Of a stretch of 64,000 bases of DNA, positions 28,447 to 35,787 are shown piece by piece. The notes under the pieces are model-generated. The model saw only the letters and a program-made list of their open reading frames with translations. It was not told where the DNA came from and did no database searches. A program made the position numbers and the translations under genes. Source of the stretch: an uncultured bacterium (lineage in GTDB: Bacteria; Planctomycetota; UBA1135; GCA-002686595); NCBI GenBank assembly GCA_943787795.1, contig CALSNU010000004.1, forward strand, positions 608,001-672,000, in the 5' to 3' direction. Numbering within the stretch: position 1 is the stretch's first letter; every line of letters begins with the position of its first letter.

Positions 28447-29555
28447 CAGTAGATCCCCCACACGTTGAAGAACACGGCGAAGAGCGCGTCGAGCAGGACG
28501 AGCCAGAACAGCATCGCGACCACGGCGGAGGTCGTCGAACGGCCCACGCCCTCCGCGCCGCCGCGGGCCGCCAGCCCGCGCTCACAGGCGATCCCCGCGA
28601 TGAAGATGCCGAAGACCGAGGCCTTGAGGAGACCACCGAGGATGTCCGCCGGGACCAGCGCCTCCTGGGTCGACATGAGGAACTTGCGCATCCCGATCTC
28701 GAGGGTGGAGGTCGCCACCAGCGCGCCGCTGAGGATCCCGATGAGGTCACCCGCGAGCGTCAGGAGCGGGAGTACGAGCAGGAGCGCGAAGATGCGCGGG
28801 AAGACCAGGAAGCGGTGGGGACAGATGCCAAGCGTCCGCAGGGCGTCCACCTCCTCGGACACCTTCATGGTCCCGATCTCGGCGGCGATCGCCGCCCCAG
28901 ACCGGCCGGCCACCACGATGGCCGTCATGAGCGGCGCGAGCTCCCGGGTCAGGGAGAGGCTCACGAGGTCGGCCACAAACGCATCCGCCCCGAACTTCTG
29001 CAGCTGAATGGCGGCTTGGAAGGCCGTGATCAACCCCATCAGCGAACCGATCACGCACACGATCGGGAGCCCATCTGCGCCGTGCCGCTCCACCTGTCGA
29101 CCGACCGCACCCCACTCGATCGACGCGGGGCGGCGCAGGCCGGCGAGCAGCGCTCCAGAGAGCTGCCCAACGAAGGCCAGCATGTCCCGGAGCGTCGCGA
29201 CCAGCTCCAGCGCGGCCTGACCGACCTCAGCGATGAAGCCGTGCCGGCGCCGGGGCGGCTGCGCCCGAGGCGCCGAGTCGCGCCAGTACAGAGCCACGAT
29301 CGAGGCCACGTCCGCCGCGGCGCCTTCGACCCTCGGCGGCGCTCCCGACGAGCACAGCGCGTCCGCGAGGACAGAGGCCGCCGCTCCCTCCATGCGCTCC
29401 ACGCCCTCGAGGTCGAGCACCTCTACGGGCGCCTGCGAGAGGGCCGACTTGACCTCCGCTCGGAGGCGAGACGCCTCGTCGAGCGCGAGGACGCCGTGAA
29501 GCCGGAGGGCCCGCTCCCCCCCTGGCGTCTGAATGATCTCGGCGAGCGGGGGCAT
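28446..29555 (-). CDS. mlaE: MlaE permease with N-terminal STAS domain
   Basis: RELAPLMTAIVVAGRSGAAIAAEIGTMKVSEEVDAL, GAEGVGRSTT. Confidence 0.92.
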   Translation of the reverse strand: MPPLAEIIQTPGGERALRLHGVLALDEASRLRAEVKSALSQAPVEVLDLEGVERMEGAAASVLADALCSSGAPPRVEGAAADVASIVALYWRDSAPRAQPPRRRHGFIAEVGQAALELVATLRDMLAFVGQLSGALLAGLRRPASIEWGAVGRQVERHGADGLPIVCVIGSLMGLITAFQAAIQLQKFGADAFVADLVSLSLTRELAPLMTAIVVAGRSGAAIAAEIGTMKVSEEVDALRTLGICPHRFLVFPRIFALLLVLPLLTLAGDLIGILSGALVATSTLEIGMRKFLMSTQEALVPADILGGLLKASVFGIFIAGIACERGLAARGGAEGVGRSTTSAVVAMLFWLVLLDALFAVFFNVWGIY

Positions 29556-29711
29556 TGGAGAATTGGAGCAAGGCGGCCCGCCCCCGTCCACCACCACCCC
29601 GGTCACTCCACCGCCACATCACCGCACCGGCTCCCTGGAGCCCCCAGTCCACCGCGATGCCCGCCGAGCCGTTCGCAGAGAGCGGACGATAGCGCGGGTC
29701 AAGAGCGCCCT

Positions 29712-32700
29712 TCAGGGGCGCGACACGCCGATCACCAGCACCTGGCCAGCAGCGGGGTCGGTGACGATGACAAGGTCCCCGGCGGCGTCCACGTCCATGG
29801 CCCCCTGCGTGCCTGTGAGCCAGCCAGCGAAGACGGGCGCCGACGGGTTCGACATATCGAAGGCCGCCACCGCACCGGGTCCCTCCAGGGCGGCAGCGAG
29901 GAAGCGCACCCCGCCGCTCTCTCCGAGCGCGAGGGAGACCGGTCTCAGCCCGCTCATGGTCGCCGCGGCCCGTTGACCCTCCGGGTCAAGAGCGGCGGCG
30001 CGCCCTACGAGGCGCTGACCCGAGGTCCACACCTCCGCCCCCTCCGCGTCCCGAATCCCGATCGACCGCGCGCCGAAGGCGAGCAGCGAGTTGGTCAGAC
30101 CATCCTGGTCCGGATCAGACCCCACGGTGGAGACCAGGAGGTCCCCCGCCTCTTGGGGCTGCTGCAGCTGAAGCGCGCCGGGAAACGCGAGCGTGTCCAG
30201 CGTCAGATCGGCCACGCGCTCTCGCTCGTCGTACCCGGCCCCGGTGCCCCCCGCCCCCGGAGTGACTCGCGCCAGCCCACCGTTCGCCAGGGCGACGCGG
30301 GCCTCACCGCGGTCTGAGAAGGCCACGAGGTCCAGCGGCTGGATGAGCCCCTGCAACGGGAGCGGCCTCGGATCAAAGGCGCCCTGAACGCTCGATGCGT
30401 CGATGCCCTCCGGCTCCAGCTCGACCACGGCGAACGCGGTCGCGGGCCCGCCGACGCCCGAGAGCACGCCGCTACCGGGCGCCGCGGCCGCCTGCCCCAG
30501 GCCCGCGCCGTTGTCGAAGGTCACCACGAGGTCGTCCCCGAGCGAGGCGAGCCCGCTCGCGCGACCGCTGCCGCCCAGCCCCGCGTCGGAGAGGTCCGCG
30601 CGGAGCACCTTGTGGACCGGGTTCACCGGGACCTGCAGCGCGCCGAGCTGATCAGGCGGGGTCGCCTCCAGCTGCCCCGAGACCGCGGCGTAGTCCGCGG
30701 GGGCCAGGCTCTGGAGGTTGGTCGCGGCGGACAGGTCGAGCGAGTAGACGCCGCAGAACCCCTCGGGGTCCGCCGCAGACTCCAGCAGCGCGAGGCCGCC
30801 GAAGGCTCCGCTGTTCGAGACGCAGAGTCCCTCCACCGAGTGATCCACGGCGTCCAGCACCAGGGCGTACTCGCCCACCGTGGCCCCGGTGGTGTCGTCG
30901 ATCTGCAGGAGGCGGATCACGGCTGATGAGGCCGAGATCGCGTCGGAGGCGGTGTCTGGCTGATCGAGGGGCAGCCGCGCCGCCGCCGTGAGGACTCCCG
31001 CGGAGTCGTCGTGGGCCAGCGCGCCGAAGCCGCCAAAGCGTCGCCCGGGACCGAAGTCGAGGTTGGCCCGACGCGCGGCATAGACCGCAGGCAAGGTCGG
31101 GGTCCCAAGAGAGGCCGGCGTCCCCTCGGGGACGAGGCGCTGGACCAAGGCGCCGGTGGCGTCGAACTCCCAGAGCCCGCAGCGCCTGGCTTCCGCGAGC
31201 CAGAAGCCACCGGAGGGGAGCGCCGAGGCGCCGCCGAAGCGCGCGCCAAGCGCCGACGCAGCCACCGGGTTGCCGCTCGTGTCCACCGTGGGTTCATCCT
31301 GGAACGCGAGGCCCGTGGCGGACGCGAACAGGCTCGGACGCCCCACCACCGCCGCCCCCTGACCGTCGGACAGCGGCAGCTGGGAGACCAACGCCACGGC
31401 GCCGGTCTGGGGGTCAAGCTCGACCACGCGTAGCTGCAGCTGCTGGTCCGGGGCCACCATCGGGAGCTCGAGAGACTGGTCACCGTCCACGTCCACCGGA
31501 GCCAGAACTGGCCCCGCGCCATCGATCACCGTGACCCTGACGCGACCGTTGACCGTTGACGCCGCGGCGATCCCGGTGAACCCGCCCACCTCGATAGCGT
31601 CACCGGCCGCGGTGGTCAGCTGGGCCGGCGGCGCGTCCCACTCGATCCGCTGGCCGCTGGCGAAGGCACCCGCCTCGAACGTCCCCCAAGCGCGATCTGC
31701 GAGGGGCAGGCAACCGGTCGCCAGCTCCTCCACGGTGTCGATGAGGATCAGCACGTCGTTCTCCGGACAGGCCACCCACGCCGCGGTCCCCTCAGCGCTC
31801 AGGGCGACCGCCCTGGGCGTGAGCTGCAGCGAGGCCACGGTGGGGACGTTGGGGTTGGGGTCCTTGAACCACCGGGCCCCTGCCGCCTCGAGGGCAGCCT
31901 CGTCCCCGTCAAAGGCCGTGAAGGGGATGGGCGCGATGTCCGTGGACGGGTTCATCAGCGCGGGTCCGCCGAGAGGCACCCTGTAGATCGTGACGTAGCC
32001 GAGGCCCTCTCCGCCTCCGACGAAGGGCCGGTCCCCCGCGCAGGCCACGGCCACCACCCTCCCGTCGGGGGTGACGTCGACCCCCACCGGGTTGGATCCG
32101 TACGACGAGACCGCGAGGAGCGGCGAGAGGGTCGCAGGGTCGACGAACTGAACGCGCCCGGGGTACTCCGTGGTCTCTCCCCCCCAGGTGACGACGACCG
32201 CCCCCGAAGCGCCGCAATCCACGTCGAGGGGCGGGCCCGGGACGTAACCCAGCGCCGCAGGCGGGGCGAGGATGCTGCCCACCGGGATCGGCTCGGTCGG
32301 ATCCGTCAGGTCATAGACGGCGACCTCCCGGAGGATGGGATCGATGATGAAGGCCCGCGCCGTCGCGGCGTGATAGGCCGCCGTCAGCGCCCGCCCGGAG
32401 CCGCCCAGGTCGATGGTCGAGAGCAGGGACGGAGTGAGCTCGGCGCCCGGCGCGTCCACGGTGATCGCCACCGAGTCGCTCGCCAGCTTGACGCCGCTTG
32501 GCGAGACCCCGCTGGCCTCGAACACGAGCTGGGCGTCTCGATCCGGGGCCAGGAAGCTGATGGCCCCGGCCGCTCCGCCCGGCACGGCGTCGAGGGTCAC
32601 CGCGGGGCCCGCCAGTTGGAGCCACTCGAATGAGGCCACACCCTCACCCCCGGTCACGGACGCCACCAGGGTGACCCGTGAACGTGACAGCGCCGACGCG

Positions 32701-32822
32701 TCCTCACCGGCGAAGATCGCCGCCGAGGATGGCGCACCGCTGCTTCCCCCACCACCGCCGCAGGCGGCGGTGAGGCCTACGAGCCCGGTGAGGAGGATCT
32801 GGTTCGTGCGATGGTCCAGCAT
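29712..32822 (-). CDS. Large surface lipoprotein: PKD-like + choice-of-anchor-I-like propeller with inserted phytase-like domain (degenerate)
   Basis: LTAA-CGGGGGSS lipobox; WLQLAGP; FGARSIGIRD and FDMSNPSAPVF resemble choice-of-anchor I; the central part resembles the esterase-like phytase domain. Confidence 0.6.
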   Translation of the reverse strand: MLDHRTNQILLTGLVGLTAACGGGGGSSGAPSSAAIFAGEDASALSRSRVTLVASVTGGEGVASFEWLQLAGPAVTLDAVPGGAAGAISFLAPDRDAQLVFEASGVSPSGVKLASDSVAITVDAPGAELTPSLLSTIDLGGSGRALTAAYHAATARAFIIDPILREVAVYDLTDPTEPIPVGSILAPPAALGYVPGPPLDVDCGASGAVVVTWGGETTEYPGRVQFVDPATLSPLLAVSSYGSNPVGVDVTPDGRVVAVACAGDRPFVGGGEGLGYVTIYRVPLGGPALMNPSTDIAPIPFTAFDGDEAALEAAGARWFKDPNPNVPTVASLQLTPRAVALSAEGTAAWVACPENDVLILIDTVEELATGCLPLADRAWGTFEAGAFASGQRIEWDAPPAQLTTAAGDAIEVGGFTGIAAASTVNGRVRVTVIDGAGPVLAPVDVDGDQSLELPMVAPDQQLQLRVVELDPQTGAVALVSQLPLSDGQGAAVVGRPSLFASATGLAFQDEPTVDTSGNPVAASALGARFGGASALPSGGFWLAEARRCGLWEFDATGALVQRLVPEGTPASLGTPTLPAVYAARRANLDFGPGRRFGGFGALAHDDSAGVLTAAARLPLDQPDTASDAISASSAVIRLLQIDDTTGATVGEYALVLDAVDHSVEGLCVSNSGAFGGLALLESAADPEGFCGVYSLDLSAATNLQSLAPADYAAVSGQLEATPPDQLGALQVPVNPVHKVLRADLSDAGLGGSGRASGLASLGDDLVVTFDNGAGLGQAAAAPGSGVLSGVGGPATAFAVVELEPEGIDASSVQGAFDPRPLPLQGLIQPLDLVAFSDRGEARVALANGGLARVTPGAGGTGAGYDERERVADLTLDTLAFPGALQLQQPQEAGDLLVSTVGSDPDQDGLTNSLLAFGARSIGIRDAEGAEVWTSGQRLVGRAAALDPEGQRAAATMSGLRPVSLALGESGGVRFLAAALEGPGAVAAFDMSNPSAPVFAGWLTGTQGAMDVDAAGDLVIVTDPAAGQVLVIGVSRP

Positions 32823-32912
32823 TCGTTCGTCGTAACCCTATCCCGTCCAGGGCAGCGCGTGTATCCATGGGGGATATCCGCGGGCATCGGCGTCGACTAC
32901 GCCCCCGCACCC

Positions 32913-34046
32913 ATGGCTGCCCCCTTCCCTGCCCCCCTTGATCCCGACCTCGAGGGGCGGATCTTGACCCCGGCCCTGCTCGTCGACCTGGGGGCCGCGC
33001 GGCGCAATATCGAGGCCGTCCTCCGCCTCACAGCGGGACCTGCGCGCTGGCGACCCCATGTGAAGACCGCCAAGATCCCCGAGGTCCTGGCCCTTTACGC
33101 GAGGGCCGGAGTCCGCAGGTTCAAGTGCGCCACGGCCCGTGAGGCCGACGTCCTGGCCGGGGTGCTGGAGGCCGAGTCGACCCCCTCCGGCGATGTCCTC
33201 CTGGCCCACCATCTTCATGGGCGCGGCCTGGACCGCCTCGCCGAGCTCGCCACCAGGTGGCCCGGCGTCACCTTCTCCACGCTGGCAGAGTCCGTGGAAC
33301 AGGTCGCAGAGATCCCCCCCGGCATCGGCGTCTTTGTCGACGTCGACCTGGGGATGGCGCGCACGGGGATTGACGTCAACGCCGGCGACGAGATCCGGGC
33401 GATCGCGCGGGCGGCGGGAGATCGGTTCAGAGGCCTCCACGCCTACGACGGGCACCGATACGAGGCCGACCTCGCGGAACGCGCCCGGCTCATCCACGCC
33501 TCCTACGACGAGCTCGTCTCGCTCGCCGCGGCCCTCCGCCAGGCGGGCCTCTGCCCCGCCGAGGTCATCACCGCGGGCACGCCCGCCTTCCCGGCGGCGC
33601 TCAAGCACATCGGGCTCGCCACGCTGCCAGGCTCCGTTCACCGCGTCTCCCCCGGGACCGTCGTCTACCACGACCTCAGGTCCGTCGAGCAGCTCCCCGA
33701 CCTCGAGGCCGAGTTCGCAGCCACGGTCCTCACGCGTGTTGCGAGCCTCCCTGGCCGGGACCGCGTGACCTGCGATGCCGGGTCCAAGGCCATCGAGGGC
33801 ACCGGCCCCGACAGGATCGCAGAGGTCATCGATCACCCACACCTGAAGGCCGCCGGTCAGAGTGAGGAGCACACCGTCTTCGTGGCCGAGGGCGGGCAGA
33901 GACCCGCGCGCGGCGCCCTGCTCCGCCTGCTCCCAGGGCACGTCTGCCCCACCGTGAACCTCGCCACCCACGCGCTCTTGCTCGAGGACGGTCGGCTCAT
34001 CGGGCGCGCCGAGGTCGCGGCCCGCGGGCACGAGGCGCTCGCCTGA
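32913..34046 (+). CDS. D-threonine aldolase/DSD1-like PLP enzyme (alanine racemase fold)
   Basis: TPALLVD, WRPHVKTAK, ARTG, YDGH, DAGSKA, SEEH, PGHVCPTVNL. Confidence 0.88.
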   Translation: MAAPFPAPLDPDLEGRILTPALLVDLGAARRNIEAVLRLTAGPARWRPHVKTAKIPEVLALYARAGVRRFKCATAREADVLAGVLEAESTPSGDVLLAHHLHGRGLDRLAELATRWPGVTFSTLAESVEQVAEIPPGIGVFVDVDLGMARTGIDVNAGDEIRAIARAAGDRFRGLHAYDGHRYEADLAERARLIHASYDELVSLAAALRQAGLCPAEVITAGTPAFPAALKHIGLATLPGSVHRVSPGTVVYHDLRSVEQLPDLEAEFAATVLTRVASLPGRDRVTCDAGSKAIEGTGPDRIAEVIDHPHLKAAGQSEEHTVFVAEGGQRPARGALLRLLPGHVCPTVNLATHALLLEDGRLIGRAEVAARGHEALA

Positions 34047-34061
34047 TCCCCGGTCCTCACC

Positions 34062-35000
34062 ATGCCCAACGCCCCCTATCGGGCCGCCGTCATCCAGGCG
34101 GCACCGGCCCCCCTTGACCTCGACGGCACGCTGGAGCGAGTCGATCAGCTGACCGCCCGCGCGGCCTCCGACGGAGCGGCGCTGGCCGTCTTCCCCGAGG
34201 CCTTCGTCGGCGGCTATCCCAAGGGCGTCGACTTCGGGGTCCGGCTCGGCACACGCAGCGAGGCCGGGCGCGCCGCGTTCGAGCGCTATCACTCCGCGGC
34301 CGTGGAGGTCCCCGGACCGGCGGTGGAGCGCCTAGGTGCCATCGCTGCGCGCCACGGGGTCGAGCTCGTCATCGGGGTCGTCGAGCGTGATGGCGGGACG
34401 CTCTACTGCACGGTCCTGTTCGTCGGCCCAGATGGAGGGCTGCGAGGCAAGCACCGCAAGCTCGTCCCCACCGCCCTCGAGCGCTGCATCTGGGGCCGCG
34501 GTGACGCCACCACGCTCACCGTGGTGGACTCGCCCCGCGGCAAGATCGGCGCGGCGATCTGCTGGGAGAACTACATGCCGCTCATGCGCGCCGCGCTCTA
34601 CGAGCGGGGCACCGAGATCTACTGCGCGCCCACGGTGGACGATCGTGAGGTGTGGCAGTCCACGATGCGGCACGTCGCCGTGGAGGGCCGCTGCCATGTC
34701 CTGGCCGCCTGCCAGCATCTCCGCGGGCGCGACGTCCACCCGGACCTGGGCGGCGGCGAGGTGCCGCCCGACGAGATCTTGATTCGAGGTGGCAGCGTCA
34801 TCGTCGACCCCTTCGGAGAGGTGCTCGCGGGCCCCGTCTTTGACGAGGACGCCGTCCTCGTCGCCGAGATCGACCCCGGCGCCGTGATCCGCGGCCGCTT
34901 CGACCTCGACGTCTCCGGGCACTACGCCCGGCCGGATGTGTTCGAGCTGCGCGTCCTCCGCCCCGTCGTTGACGAGACGCCCCCCGTGGCGGGCGAGTGA
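34062..35000 (+). CDS. Nitrilase (carbon-nitrogen hydrolase)
   Basis: FPEAFVGGYP, HRKLVPT, ICWENYMP (Glu-Lys-Cys triad), GHYARPDVF. Confidence 0.92.
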   Translation: MPNAPYRAAVIQAAPAPLDLDGTLERVDQLTARAASDGAALAVFPEAFVGGYPKGVDFGVRLGTRSEAGRAAFERYHSAAVEVPGPAVERLGAIAARHGVELVIGVVERDGGTLYCTVLFVGPDGGLRGKHRKLVPTALERCIWGRGDATTLTVVDSPRGKIGAAICWENYMPLMRAALYERGTEIYCAPTVDDREVWQSTMRHVAVEGRCHVLAACQHLRGRDVHPDLGGGEVPPDEILIRGGSVIVDPFGEVLAGPVFDEDAVLVAEIDPGAVIRGRFDLDVSGHYARPDVFELRVLRPVVDETPPVAGE

Positions 35001-35077
35001 TCTAGCGGGCGACTGAATTGGCGGGCGACTGAGTTGGCGGGCGACTGAGTTGGCGGGCGACTGAGTTGGCGGGCGAC
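34987..35077 (+). repeat. 16-bp tandem repeat (TGGCGGGCGACTGAGT), about 5.7 copies
   Basis: Units start at 34987, 35003, 35019, 35035, 35051 and 35067 (partial). Three are identical. Confidence 0.95.
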
Positions 35078-35228
35078 CGGTCTCGGCCCCAGCGCGCTGA
35101 GAAACCGGCCTCATAACCCCGTGCCGGGCGGTCACCTTGCCCTTGTGCGGCGGACTGCCCTAGCATCAGGTGTTCGCCGTCGCCGAGCGGCGAAGCTCAC
35201 CTACAACTCAAACAGCGAGGAGTCCGCC

Positions 35229-35645
35229 ATGCTGCGTTCTGTCGAAGCCGAGGATCACATGACCCGATCACCGGTGACCCTGAAGCCGGAGACCCACATC
35301 TTCGAGGCCATTCGAGCGCTCACCGAGCGCAGCATCTCCGGAGCGACGGTCCTCGACGACGACGGCAATGTCGTCGGGGTGATCTCCGAGATGGACTGCC
35401 TCCAGGCCGTGCTCAGCGGCACCTACCACGGCGAGGTCGGGGGCACGGTGGCGGACATCATGACCACCGAGGTGGAGACGGTGGAGGTGGGCTTGAGCGT
35501 CGTGGACGTGGCCCAGCAGCTCATCGATGGACACCGGCGTCGCTTCCCGATCGTCAAGGAGGGCAAGTTCGTCGGCCAGGTCTCCTGTCGCTCGATCCTG
35601 CGCGCCGTGATGCAGTTCGCGCATACGGACGCGCCTGCAGACTGA
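35229..35645 (+). CDS. Tandem CBS-domain protein
   Basis: ISGATVLDDDGNVVGVISEMD and RRFPIVKEGKFVGQVS; GAGGAG RBS; sigma70-like TTGCCC-N18-TAGCAT at 35137-35166. Confidence 0.9.
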   Translation: MLRSVEAEDHMTRSPVTLKPETHIFEAIRALTERSISGATVLDDDGNVVGVISEMDCLQAVLSGTYHGEVGGTVADIMTTEVETVEVGLSVVDVAQQLIDGHRRRFPIVKEGKFVGQVSCRSILRAVMQFAHTDAPAD

Positions 35646-35728
35646 GCGGAACGGCGGAGTCAGCGGCCCCCGGGGAGCTCGGCCCCACCGCCGCGGGCCA
35701 GGCCGCCCCGGTCCCGGGCCCGGGGTGA

Positions 35729-35771
35729 CCTGATTGCAGGCCTGATTGCAGGCCTGATCGCAGGCCTGATT
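35729..35771. repeat. 12-bp quasi-palindromic tandem repeat (CCTGATTGCAGG), about 3.6 copies
   Basis: CCTGATTGCAGG x2, CCTGATCGCAGG, then CCTGATT. Confidence 0.92.
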
Positions 35772-35787
35772 CTCGGCGGACCCTTGC

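Noticed and set aside
25384..29555. tdk as a functional part of the Mla/MCE operon (9-bp gap)
   Set aside because: Co-transcription is plausible, but nothing in the sequence supports a functional link.
34987..35077. Possible CRISPR array
   Set aside because: Head-to-tail 16-mers with no spacers, and no cas genes in the window.
35169..35204. Resemblance to a fluoride riboswitch (GGTGTTCGCC...CACCTAC)
   Set aside because: The 5' GGCGAT/GGAGAT segment and the GCTRATGA core are missing, and the downstream gene is not a fluoride exporter.
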